A DNA stretch of 64,000 nt from Vicugna vicugna (lineage: Eukaryota). This document shows, one piece after another, positions 1 through 11,870 of the stretch. The DNA lies in assembly GCA_013265495.1 (NCBI GenBank), contig MU057651.1:2768948-2832947 (forward strand), read 5' to 3'. Numbering within the stretch: the stretch's first letter is position 1; each line of letters begins with the position of its first letter. The translations under genes and the position numbers were made by a program. The notes below the pieces were generated by a model, which had not been told where the DNA came from, ran no database searches, and saw only the letters and a program-made list of their open reading frames with translations.

Positions 1-129
1 TCTGGATTTTAAATGTTTTTTTTTTTAAATTAGGCATGCTGTCAATTACCACGGTACGAGTGGAAATTAAAGTTTCTGTAGCATTTATATGTTTTCTTCC
101 AATAAATCTCTCCTGTAAATCAAAAAATA

Positions 130-505
130 TATGTAAGTACAGTTATCACCATCAAACTTGCTAAGAGGCTAGATCTGGATTATTCTCAATGGAAAAATAG
201 AAATGCTAATTATGGGATGGGACAGAGGTGTTGACTACAGCTACAAGGGCAATTGGATTACAGTGTATAAACGTATCACATCAAGGTGGGGTACATCTTA
301 AGGTCGCACAATGTTATATATCAGATGTATTTCAAATCACAATGTATAAATGTATCAAAGCAACACATGGTACCATCTTAAATACACACAATGTTATGTC
401 AGATGTCTTTCAAATCACAGTGTATAAACATATCAGATCAAGGCGTGGTACCATCTTAAATATGCACAATGTTACATGCCAAATATATCTCAATTAAAAC
501 AAAAC
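130..505 (+). mobile_element. Old L1 (L1MA/L1MB-like) 3' end with triplicated terminal ~78 bp
   Basis: cttgctaagag..tagatct.. and ..cacaatgttata..atatctcaat resemble L1M 3' termini; three tandem copies start at 259, 338 and 416. Confidence 0.7.
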
Positions 506-1329
506 CAAAATCCTCTGGCAGAAGCAGCGACCTAACAGGATGGGGGCTGAGAGTCAGCTGAGAAACTCTGCCGTGAAGCAGACCTGTGGATCTGCAGTGA
601 GTCCGTGGGGACCAGGGTTTGCACGCTGGCCACGGCCAGCCGGTGCCTTCAGGGAGGGAAGGAGAGGAGGCAGCTGAGGAGAAAGCGGAGTTCCAGGTCC
701 CGGGCGGTGGGTCAAAGAGCAGGCGAGGAAGGAAGTCCCTGGGGTGGGCCGTGGCTTGCCCCCAGGACGTGTTTCTTTTGGGATTTGCCTGTCTCTGTTT
801 GTGTCCTTACTGATTCAGCCTCGCCGTGTGCAAGGATGCTTCCAGAGCACCCACGGGACACAGGCCCCCGATCTGATCCGCCCTCTGGGTGGGGGGGGGC
901 GGATCTAGAACACCTGGTCCCCACATCCCTCCCCAGGTAAGAGAGCCCCTGGGGAAACAGTGCTCAGGGACTGCTACTAACAGGTGGCTTTCCTTCTGGG
1001 AATTTGGGGAAGGATTCAAGGAGATGGTCACACCACATCCTGATTTTACAGGAAGACTCTGGGACCCCCCAGCTCCCTGCAGGGGTCTCTGAATCCATCC
1101 ACTCTGATCACCGATGACACATAAATCGCAGGGACTCTGAATTACAGCTTCTCCTGCATAATCTTAATTTCAAAAGTTAATCTCGCCGTCAGAGGACATG
1201 CCACCACTTAATTTTGATCACAATCAACAGAGTGGCATTCATCCTGTGACAGTCAACACCACACTTAGTGACAGAACTAGCCCAGCTGGGTGTCATCCGA
1301 GCAGACAGACGGAGCAAATTCTAATTTAT

Positions 1330-1700
1330 TTCAGACATTGTGTTTTCCCATTTAAGAATTTCCATCTGGCTCTTGTTTATAGTTTTGATTAATCTCATAT
1401 TTTCCCACTTTTTTTCATTCCTTATAAGCACATTTTTCATTCTGTCATTAAGCATAATTATAAACAGCAGTAACATTTTTGGCTGTCACTTCCAACACCT
1501 GGGGCATCTCCACGTTGTCTTCTGTTGACTGCTTTTGTTTTCTTTGGGAACAGGTCACATTTTCTTGGTTCGTCACATGCTGAATAATTTTGGCTCATAT
1601 CCTAGACATTGTGAATGTTATTCTTGCGAGTGCTGGATTCACTTATGTTCCTGCGAAGAGTGTTAATTTTTTTGTTTCAGGAGGCAATAAGCTGAATGGA
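1330..1700 (-). mobile_element. Probable ancient L1 fragment
   Basis: T-rich stretch with gtcacattttcttggttc...cctagacattgtgaatgtta, typical of old L1M pieces. Pattern recognition only. Confidence 0.4.
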
Positions 1701-2039
1701 CCGACAATGCAAATTTTGACTCTTGGTTGGCAATTTATGTTCTTTCACCCTTCGCTGCTTGGCGCCCATCCCTCACGTGCATGATTCCACCAGCCAAAGA
1801 CTTGGGCAGAATTTATCCACACACTTCGTGGCTCTCTGGCTCTCTCCTTTTTTTGGATTCTTCCTTTACTTTTCAGAGGCTGGTGGTTATCTCGAATTCT
1901 GGTCCTGGTTTTTCAGGCCAGGAAGACTGGGGATCGTGGATTACTTCCTTGAGTCTACATATAATCTACTGATACATATTAATTTTCTAGTGCTGCGTGA
2001 CAAATTAACGTAGACTCGGAAGTGTAAAAACATGCAAGT

Positions 2040-2545
2040 TGTTATCTCAAAGTGTCTTTGGGTCAGGAGTCCAAACCCAGCTAAGCTGGGTCCTCTGCTC
2101 ATGGTCTCACAAGACTGTCATCAAGACGTCATGAGGTTGCACTCCCACGTGGACTCTCCACGTGCACGCTCACTGAGGCTGTTTCAGGAGTTCCTTCCCT
2201 TGCAGCTCTATGACTGAGACACCTGGCCTCTTACTGTGGACCGGCGGCCATCTTCAGGCCCTTGAGGTCACCTGCAGGTCCTCTTCAAAGGCAGCTCATG
2301 TCCTGAGTATTTGCTGCTTTGGGGCAGGCAGGGGCATCTCTCTCTCCATTTTGCTAAGAGGAATCTTATGTAACAAAACGTAATCAAGGGACAGGCATTG
2401 CATCAACTTTGCCCTACAATGTCTCCTAGTCAAGGAGGTGACATCTGACCACCTTCGCCGTGTTCTAAGGGTCAGGAGCAAGTTGAAGGTCCCAGTGCGC
2501 CCAAGGAGAATCACTGGGCAACACACTAGGGCATGTTGGCCACCA
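2040..2545. mobile_element. MaLR LTR (MLT1-type) relic
   Basis: gggtcaggagtcc..cagctaagctgggtcctctgctca..gtctcacaagactg and aggagcaagt..aggtcc..gcccaaggag motifs recall MLT1E/F. Confidence 0.55.
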
Positions 2546-3847
2546 GAACCAGAAGTAAATTTTATAAATTTTATAAATTTTATAAACCTGGGGGCCTTGG
2601 CAGTGAAATGGCTTCTCCAGAGTTGCAAAGGTTAGTGTCGGAGCCTCAGCTTCACAACCAGGCAAAGCCTACATCCTCCTGGTTTCCTGCGTACGCCCGA
2701 GCGAGGAACCCCACGCTCTGCTCCGTGGGAGCCGTCTGGATTCTGCCAGGGAGGTATTGATACAAGAAGCGAGCCACCTGCCAATCAGGGCTGTCCTGTC
2801 TTTCTGGAGTCACGGGAGATCGCAGAATCGTGTCTGCAACTCCGAACTCTCCAGCGTGAAATTAGTTTCCAAAGTCCCGGAGTTGCCTGAAAGCATTTAT
2901 TCCCTCGTTACATCATTAGAATTACGAGGAAGTCCAACAAATGACACCGTTTGATTTAGAGAAGCCAATGGAAACATGAGTTTCATAAATGATATCCGTC
3001 TGAGAACCAACTGCTCTTGGAGAAATTGAAACTCAACAGCCGGCTGGTGGAGGAAACCCATTCTCCTTGGTCCCTTGTTCATACAGTGAAAGAAAGAGAG
3101 ACGTAAGACTTGCAAGGTCCTTTTGAAATGGAGCAGAACCCTGCAGGGCAGCCCGCACCCCCCTCCAAGTACAGAGGGACCTCTGTGTCCCCTGCCTCTT
3201 GTTTGTAGAAAAGCTGAACACTCGCAGGTCCCCTCCGGTCACCGGAGAGCAGGTTCAGGCAGTTAGTGATCAAGACAATGGAGTCAGGGAACCGTTCAGG
3301 GGCGGATGCACATTCCCGCCTGGTTTTACAGACACTGTGACTGACGCCAGAGGGAAAATGCTCCCCGCATGACGACCGAGCTGTAGACGCAAGCTGCTCC
3401 GTCCTGAGCGGGACTGAATCGATGCCCAGCACAATTCCAAGGATCGGCCTCAAAAGAACATGGTGCAACACCACTGCTCATAAAAAAAAAAAAATCTACA
3501 TCTTCGTGGGCATCAGAATGATCGTAGCTGGCTCTGCCCGTATATGGAAGCAGGCAACTGAAATTGCCAGCAAAGAGATGCCACAGAGCCGTGCGGACAT
3601 CCTCCACTCTGAGAAAACAGCGCCCTGTGTCAGCACGAAGACATTTATCACAACAGTAATGATTATTAATAATCATTTCATTTTTTTTTGATTTGGCACC
3701 CAAAGCATGGGTGACAAAAGCAAAAATAAATTAAATAGGATCCAACTAAAAAGTTTCTGCACAACACTGGCTCCAGGTTCCAAAGGCTGAATCATGTGTC
3801 AAAGAGAGGAACTAGGATCTCCTACACTTTAAATGTACAGTAAATTT

Positions 3848-4010
3848 GGGGGAGGGTGTAGCTCCACGGGAGAGCGCGTGCTTAGCACGCACGAGGTCCT
3901 GGGTTCCATCCCCAGTCCCTCTATTAAAATAAATGAATAAATACACCTGATTAATACTACCCACCTATCCAAATGAACCAAACAGTAAAAGTGAAAAAAA
4001 AATAAAATAA
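3848..4010 (+). mobile_element. Camelid tRNA-derived SINE (vic-1-like)
   Basis: ggggagggtgtagctc..gagcgcgtgcttagcacgcacgaggtcctgggttccatcccc head with A/B boxes, A-rich tail, possible TSD taaattt. Confidence 0.9.
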
Positions 4011-5926
4011 ATTTAAACTGTGATTTGTGTTCTAAAACCCACTTTTCTGATGCTCAGTTAGCAAAGTGATTGGAAAGAATCGTGAAAATATTTGAATACA
4101 AAGAAGCAGAATGTGAAGGTAATAAAAATAAGGAAACCACAGTTTGACCCAATTCCCTTTGCAACGGAAACACAGTGATGGCTGGAATGATTGACAGATA
4201 AAACCAAAGGGACAAAAAAGACACAGTGTGCGGACGAGACCATCATAACGTGAACAGGGGCTATTTAAACAGCGTGACCCTGTGACACAAAGCCTGGCTT
4301 TTCATTTCCTCCGTGTCCCTAAGATGTCCACGCGCAGCATACCCGCCAGCTCACTTTTCCCTTTGATTTTTACCAAAGACGCCCGCACAGAATGTCACAC
4401 GCTCTGATGACAGCTAAAAATATAGGACACGCTAATCTTCTGCAAACACACACTCGCTCCCCTGGCTGGAAGCGTCCGGGAGGAAATGGTCCCATCACAA
4501 GACTGAAATAGCCCCGTTTCCTTTCTCTGCAAACTCCCATTGCAGAGAAAGGGCCGTTATCTCCGCCCAAAGGAAGTTCCTCTGCGGCGGGACTGTGTTC
4601 ACAGGCTCTGCGCTGGGACCCCGCCGGTTCCACCGGGATGTCTGCTTTGGCCAAGGGACCAGGCATCCTCTGAGCACAAGGCAGCCCCTCATCTCCGGGG
4701 CAGGAAGAAACAGCTCAACACCAGAGGTGATGTCCTCAGCGTTTCCACTTCCCCCCCTACATTTAAAATAAAATTGTTCCGTCCCATAATACATTTTGCA
4801 TTGGCTTTTCCATATTTTAGGATATAAAGAAACCCTATATGGGGCTGTTTCTTACCAGGAGAATTAGCGCTTACCATTGCTTGGTTTTGCCCTCGTTCTG
4901 TTTATGCACTAAGCGGGCAGATACCCTTCATATTTGGAACGCTGGAAGGCGACATGATCTGGCTGGCCAGGTTTATGTCTTCCTGGCTTGGGCAGGCTCG
5001 GGTGAAGTTAACTCCGTTTTCTAGAAATCCTGCACAAAGGACAGTCCAGCCTTCCTCGTGCGACACCAGCCTGTCACCTTGGCTTAGCTTCTTTGGCAAA
5101 AGGCACGGATGGAGGCGGACTGCCTCCTCCAATGCTTCAGCCGTGGTGCCACTTCCATGAGCAGCAGGATGGGCTGCGGAGAAAGGGTCCCATGGACGCA
5201 GAGCTGTGCCCTCGCTCGCCCCGGCGAACCCCTGTGTCCTCACTGGTGCGAGGCAGCTGCCGGCGCCAAGCGCAGAGGCTATTGCAAAAACGAACTTAAA
5301 CGAGCTGATACACAGAACAGCTGAGCACCACAGCTGAGGTTCAGCCAGACCCAGCCCGGCACTGGGCCATCGTAAACGTTTTCACGCTGACCTTGGGACC
5401 GGCTGACAGAGGACAGGATGAGGTGCCTTCCCTGCCCGGGAGCCACGGGAAGGCTTCTGGCTGGTGAGTGGACCTCTCCATGTCTCCATTGGTCTGGCAG
5501 CACGAACCTTCATCCTCAACTGATCTGATGTTAAAACACTCCCAGCCGCGCGGGATCACCTTTCTCCACTAGCGCTCGATCCGCGACCCGCACACCACCT
5601 ACCAGGGAGGCGATCATAAGCGACTCCTCCACCCCATCTAGTTTCTGGTCCCTGATCGGATCAGTACCAACGGTTTCCCTGGGGGGGGGGTCAGGCAGAA
5701 TCATATGACATGCCGGTGCATGTGGGGTCCCTCCGGGGACTGCTTGCTGCCGCTGTGTTGCACCCACATGCCATCACCTACCCCAAAAGGGCCACCCTCC
5801 GGTCCTTGGCCGAGGCACAATGCTCCCGCACCGAGTGCAAATCGAGAGCTGAATCTTACTTGTTCTTGAATTCCTTACGGCCAAGAACACTGCTCTGCCC
5901 ATAAACAGAAACTCAGTTTCCCTTTG

Positions 5927-6222
5927 GTTATGGACTGAGTTCTGTCCCCGCTCGTTGAAGTCCCAACACTTATGCACCTCAGAACGTGACTGGATTCGGA
6001 GAAAAGATCTTCAAAGAGAAGGTCACATCAAAATGACGCTGTGAGGGTGTGGTCCCCCACCAACGTGACCGGTGTCTTCATGGAAGAGGAAGAGAGGAGG
6101 GGGACACACACGGGGGACGATGGCCACCTTGATCTCAGACTGCCAGCCGCCGGGGCAGGGAGAATCCAATGGTTAAGCCGCACTGTGGCGTTTTGTTACC
6201 CGGCAGCCCGAGCAGAGTGGTG
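5927..6222 (+). mobile_element. MaLR LTR (MLT1A/B/C-like)
   Basis: gttatggactga..tgtcccc start, acctcagaacgtgact, ttgatctcagact..cagcc and gttttgtta..gcagcccgagcaga end. Confidence 0.7.
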
Positions 6223-6351
6223 CACTGGTCACCGTTCAACTTAGCCGGTCAGCAATCTCTAGGTGAGGCAAGAATCCAGACTCCCATGGGGTCCACAAAG
6301 GCTGTTCTCTTCTGGGCATCGTTCATTTTTTTTTTCTTCCCTTAGTTTGTC

Positions 6352-6455
6352 CCGGTGGTGGAGCAAACGCTTGTTATGCACAAGGGCCGAGCTGCCATCT
6401 CCAGTGCCTCCATTTAAAAAATAAATGAATAAATAAAGCTAATTACCTCCCCCCA
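6352..6455 (+). mobile_element. Diverged vic-1-like SINE followed by (CA)n
   Basis: tgcacaagggcc..ccagtgcctccatttaaaaaataaatgaataaataaagctaattacctcccc matches the body and tail of the other copies. Confidence 0.7.
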
Positions 6456-6487
<32 letters not shown>

Positions 6488-6687
6488 ACAGGAAAGACGA
6501 ATGAAGGTTTCACCTCCTTCTGAAAGATGACGCGTCCCTTGCCCTCGCTGGCCTGCCTGCTGGCAAGTTTGCACAAGGATGCCGGCCACTTCAACGGCTC
6601 AAGATACCTCCGAGAAGATGCTGACAAGTCCTTTCAGGGGTAACACACACTAGTGGTCAAATTACGAGTATATAATCGGGTAACGAA

Positions 6688-6870
6688 GGGGGTGCGGGGT
6701 GGAGTCAGTGGCAGAGCCAAATGGTGGGTCGTTTGTGTCTACATTCCTTTTATCAAAAGACAGATAAAATATGATGGAGGTCTCAAAATAAATTAAAAAA
6801 GGTTTTCCTTGGCATGCACAAGGTCCTGGGTTCAATCCCCAGTGTCTCTGTTAAGGGGGAAAAAATTAAA
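6688..6870 (+). mobile_element. vic-1-like SINE interrupted by a ~90-bp non-SINE insertion
   Basis: 5' head at 6688-6717 (..gagtcagtggcagagc); SINE resumes at 6808 (cttggcatgcacaaggtcctgggttcaatcccc). Confidence 0.75.
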
Positions 6871-7007
6871 TACATACACTCTAGGAGTTTCCAAAAAAAA
6901 AAAAATTGGGTAATGAATTCTGAGACAAAGATGACACTTTTTAAACGTTTCAGATGACCTGGAAGATGGCTGAAATTATCCACCTTTAAGAGTTGAGTGA
7001 GTAAACA

Positions 7008-7331
7008 CAGTCCCCCCTCAGTATCGGTGGGGAGTTGGTGCCAGGACCCCACTCAGGTCCTGAAATCCTGGGACGCTGAATTCCTTGTCTAAGACGATGG
7101 ATGGCATTTGCACATAACCTACACACGTTCTCCTGTGAACATGAACTCATCTCCAGAGGAGTTATAACACCATGTAACAAACGCTCTGTGAATAGTTGCC
7201 TGCAGACAGCAAATTCAAGTTCTGCTTTCTGAAACATTCTGGAAGTTTTTTTTTTTTTTCCTGGATGTTTTGGATCCACGATTGGTTAAATCCGAGGATG
7301 GAGAGCCCACGGAGCTGAAGGGTTCACTATA
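7008..7331 (+). mobile_element. MER2-like (TcMar-Tigger) DNA transposon relic
   Basis: cagtcccccctcagtatcggtggggagttggtgccaggacccc start, catttgcacataacctacacac, and gatccacgattggttaaatccgaggatggagagcccacgga end. Confidence 0.8.
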
Positions 7332-8371
7332 CTGAATTTTTAATACTAGTTGGTAAGAAAATAAAGTCCTTCGAAATATGAACATCTAAACATTCTCATT
7401 TTCTTATAAGCTGGCCATGTCCCATGGAAATAATCCTTTGCTCCTGAGTCAGGATTTTCGTGTTGGGAACAGTTGCACAGAAATAAGGCTTTCCAAATAA
7501 ACCTCTTATCTTTACACGGAAGGAAGTTCAGGAAGAAGGAACTGACGTTCTTCCCCAGCGATGACAATACATTTTTGGGTTCCTTTCCCAGAAATTACTA
7601 AATAACAAAATGCCTTTCATTTAAAAAAAAAAAGGGAGGGAGGTGGGAAGTAGGTTCATAGTAAATGCTTAAATCAGATCCATCTGCCACTCGTATGTTT
7701 TTAAAAAGGAGATGGTTGCTGGGAGCCAATTTCTCCACTCATTCCGGGCCAAATAAAACGGATTTCAGTAAAAAAAAAAAAAAAGGTTTTATGGACTCAA
7801 AGGGAACTCTATTCATTCTGCAGGATACAGAGGACTATTTATTTTTCACGCAGAATTCCCGATTTTCTACTTAATGTAAGTTTTCCCACTCAAGCAGACT
7901 TGATCCACTTTGGGTAAACACATTAAAATCTGGAAACCACACCTTCTCTGGATGGAAGAAAGTTTTAAAATGCTGACGCAGTTTGGAGACTGGACTGATC
8001 CTACAGCACTAGGAAGATGCAACTCACTGGAAAAAAGCCTGAACGTTATCGATACCGGAGTTCGCAATTTTCACCACTAAAGAAATACCCCTCCCATTCA
8101 GAGGCAACATGACATCCCCAGAGGCAGATGGTTGAAAAATGATAAATCTACACAAATGCTTGTGTGTTATGAAGAAGCTCAGGATCTAACTCCCCCATCA
8201 AATTAGGGGTACATCGCAGACCCTTGGGAAGCAACTCTGTGTTCACTGTCTGCACTGTTCAGTCGTGTACGTGTACAGCAAAATGATGGGTCGTTTGTGC
8301 CTACATTTCTTTCATCAAAAGACAGCTAAAATACGGCGGTCTCAAAATAAATTACAAAATGTTTCCTTATG

Positions 8372-9312
8372 ACTCAGCATCAAAAAACAGGCCCTGAAAC
8401 AACCCAATTGAAAAATGGTCAGACCTGAACAGACATTTCTCCAAAGAAGACATCCAGATGGCCAACAGGCACACGGAAAGATGCTCAGTATTGCTAATTA
8501 TCAGAGAAATGCAAATCAAAACTACCATAAGGGGTCACCTCATACCTGCCAGAATGGTCATCACTAAAATGTCTACAAATGACAAATGCTGGAGAGGCTG
8601 TGGAGAAAGGGGAGCCCTCCCACACTGCTGGTGGGAATGCAGTTTGGTGCAGCCACTGTGGAAAACAGGATGGAGATTCCTCAAAAGTCTAGGAAAAGAC
8701 TTACCATATGACCCAGGAATCCCACTCCTGGGCATACATCCAGAAGGAACCCTACTTCAAAATGACATATGCACCCAAATGTTCATAGCAGCATTATTTA
8801 CAATTGCCAAGATATGGAAACAGCCTAAATGTCCATCAACAGTTGACTGGATGAAAAAGCTGTGGTATATGTGTAATGGAATATTACTCAGCCATGAAAA
8901 AGAATTAAACACTGCCATTTGCAGCAACATGGATGGACCTGGAGATTACTATGCTTAGTGAAGTACATCAGACAGAGAAAGATAAAGAGTATATGATGTC
9001 ATTTATATGCGGACTCTAAAAAGTGATACAAATAAAGCTATCTGCAAAACAAAAAGAGACTCACAGACATAGAGAACAAACTTATGGTTACCAAAGGGGA
9101 GAGGCAGTGGGGCGAGGGACAAATTAGGGGCATGGGATTAACAGGAATGAACTATTGGACATAAAATAGGCAAGCAACAGGGACTGTAGGGCACAGAGAA
9201 CCATCTTGTAAAACCCTACAGTGGAGCATAAGCAGAAAAAAAAATTACGATGCTGCACACCTGACACTATCACAACACTGCAAATCAATCAGATTTCAGT
9301 TAAAAAAAAAGA
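8372..9312 (+). mobile_element. 5'-truncated L1 (ORF2 C-terminus, 3'UTR, polyA)
   Basis: ORF 8458-8958 reads [54 protein letters not shown], the L1 ORF2 cysteine-rich C-terminus. Confidence 0.95.
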
Positions 9313-10382
9313 GAAAATGTGGAAGATATGCAAAAATAAAATTTTCTTCTAAAATGGGTTGCATGACAGGATTTCGAGGGCTGTTGAGTGCAAAACCCTG
9401 CAGATGGGAAGAGGGTGTCGCTCGGAGACCCCCGACAAAAGACACCCCTGGAGGGAGTGGGAAGGATGACTGGTGGGCGGACAGACTGACACACGGGCAG
9501 ACAGACACTCGCGGCCGGAAAGGAAATGCAGTCAGCTGTCCGGACGCTGCCACAGAGCAAGTGATGTGACTTTGAACCATGGCACAGGGGCCCCGCCTCC
9601 CCCTTGGAGGTGGCTTCTAACTCATTCTAAGGAAAGTTGGTTTATGAATAAGCCGGAAAAGGAGGAGGGGGCCTCGGCTAGCAGGCGTGTGACGCTGCGG
9701 ACCGTGGGAAGCGGAGACGGGCCAGGTGATGCCACGGTGAAAAGGGCTGGGGAGTCAGCTCCTGCCGGAGAGCCGCTGGGCTTAAAACGTGCTCCCTGCG
9801 GTGTCCCCACAGGAAGCCGGGAGGCGAGTGTCTGGGGGGACGTCTCCGCTCAATGAGGAATCACCCGTCCTGTCTTCTCTGCAGGTCAACCCGAATCTCA
9901 GTATCTCCTGCCCCACCCCCAGCCACACCCCACCCACATCTTAGGTTTTTTTTTGCAATGTCACATTCTAAGCTAGGAAAACTGTCAGAGTGTCCCGTCC
10001 CCTGGAAATGGAGGGTGCAGCTTCACATGCGGACATCTCAGCTTTTCCCGGGGACGCGAGTCATGCTACGTGCCACCCCCGTCTTCTGCAAACTCCAGAC
10101 TCCTCACCGTGCCTGCAGCTTTCCCAGTACGCAAGCACGCCCCAAACTGCAGTGCTAAAAATAAAATCAGCGTTCATCAAGGATCATGCACCTCTCAGGA
10201 CGCCCGGTGCAAAAACTCCTCCCCTAATGGAAGCAACGCGGCATCTCACCTTTACTTCTAAATAAAGTGGAGAAGATTCACCCGGGACCATCCTGTTGCC
10301 TCTAGAGGCACCAGCTGCACGGATTCCCGGGCGTGTGGGTGTGTTCAGCAGGTGCACCGGCCCAGCGCCACCCCCCGCCTAC

Positions 10383-10565
10383 CTTCTCCGACGCCTTGTC
10401 CTGCACGGGGGGCCCCGCCCGGGGCCCGGACGGAGGGGGAGGGGCTCGGCGCTTCTTCAGGTCCGACTTCACGGACACCCCGGAGATGCTGCTGAGAGAG
10501 AGGGATGGACCCAGCGTGGTGGAGCGGGAATTCACGGACGGGGAGTTCGGGGTCGTCAAGCAGCC
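10383..10565 (-). CDS. COBL: COBL coding exon 6 ([10 protein letters not shown]...[29 protein letters not shown]), second KRAP motif
   Basis: Matches recalled COBL peptide. Acceptor ccccgacag|GGC, donor GAGAAG|gtaggc, 183 nt = 61 codons. Confidence 0.96.
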
Positions 10566-10924
10566 CTGTCGGGGTGGCGGGGGGGGGGAGACAAACACAA
10601 ACTCATGTCACCCTGAGATGCCTGCTGGTGCCTGAAGACCAGGCGCCCAGCCCCCCACCCAGACTTCCAGCATCGCTCCCGCCTGCGGGCTCGACCGGCT
10701 CCAGCGAAACGCTCATCTTCACTTTCCTGTGAAAATGGCCCCAGAACCCGCTGCATGAGGTCACTGGTGTGCAGTTTACTTTCCTCATCATGAAGGAGAC
10801 AGCAGACCCCTGAGCGATCTGAACCTCTGGGAAGACCAGCTAAAACCACAGAGTGGTCTTAACCAACCTGCAGATTGAACCAGCCTCTTGCAATTACTTT
10901 TAACTGATACCAAATCTACCCATC

Positions 10925-11100
10925 TTTTTTTTTAAACGTTACTTTTTACTAAAGTGTAGTTGATTTACAATGTTAGTTTCAGGTGTACGGCAGAGCGATT
11001 CACTTATACACAGACATACATATATATACATACATATATATTTTTTTCAGATTCTTTTTATTGTATATTATTCCAAGAACCTGAATAGAGGTCCCTGCAC
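10925..11100 (-). mobile_element. L1 3' terminal fragment
   Basis: aagtgtagttgatttacaatgttagtttcaggtgtac..gattc..ttatac is the reverse complement of the L1 3' ends at 21.9k and 53.3k. Confidence 0.85.
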
Positions 11101-11639
11101 CTGTCATCAGAGCGAGCTCTCAGATGCTGAAAAGGGGCAGGAACGGATTAAGAAATGTATTTCTCCAGGGAGCTGGGAAGGGAAGCCCGGCTTTACCATC
11201 TTAAGACATCGTTCACCAGCTGCTAGGAAGGGACTTAAGTTTTCTGTAGCTCTGAGACGTTACAATCAACAGTGCGCTGTGAAGCCTTTATGTGACCATC
11301 GAAGGCAGAGCTTCACGATGGATGCGTAATAAACCGGAAATAAATTCAATGTGACACACGAATTAATTGCTCCCACGGGGCAATGGCTATGCCCGGGGGA
11401 GCAGACTAAAGGCACGTATCTTTTTTTTTTTTCCAATTTTCCTCCCCACCCAGGTTCTGCTGAATATGAATGTTAGTGCAAAAAGAACATTAGAGAAATA
11501 ACCCTTTAATTCCCAGTTAAAACTGAAATGGTGCCCACCCCGCGCCCTACTCTGTCCCCTGTCCCCCTCCCCAGCACTGGTGGTCCTGGTGTATCTCACG
11601 CTGCGGCCACGGTAGTGGGGTGTCAGCCCGCAGACGGCG

Positions 11640-11870
11640 GGGACACACTGCCTGGATTCCGTTCCTGGCTTTGTCACCGATAAGCTGTGTGACCTTGGGC
11701 AAGTTTCTTCACCCCCCTCTGCCTCCGTTTACCGCCTGTCAAACTGAGGTTAAGTAACAGCCCTGATGTCACGGGGCCATCCTGAGAACTGAGCGGGTTC
11801 CTGCAAACGGAAGAGCTCAGGGCGCTCCAGGCACAAAACAGGCACCCCGCTCATTCTTATGGTTATTGTG
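11640..11870 (+). mobile_element. MIR SINE
   Basis: Core agctgtgtgaccttgggcaagtttcttcaccccctctgcctccgttt..ctgtcaaactgagg. Confidence 0.8.

Noticed and set aside
8458..8958. 166-aa ORF as a host gene
   Set aside because: It is the L1 ORF2 C-terminal fragment, 5' truncated and frameshifted.
1..10382. COBL exon 7 (KKKRRAPAPPP)
   Set aside because: Not found on the minus strand by eye; it probably lies before position 1.
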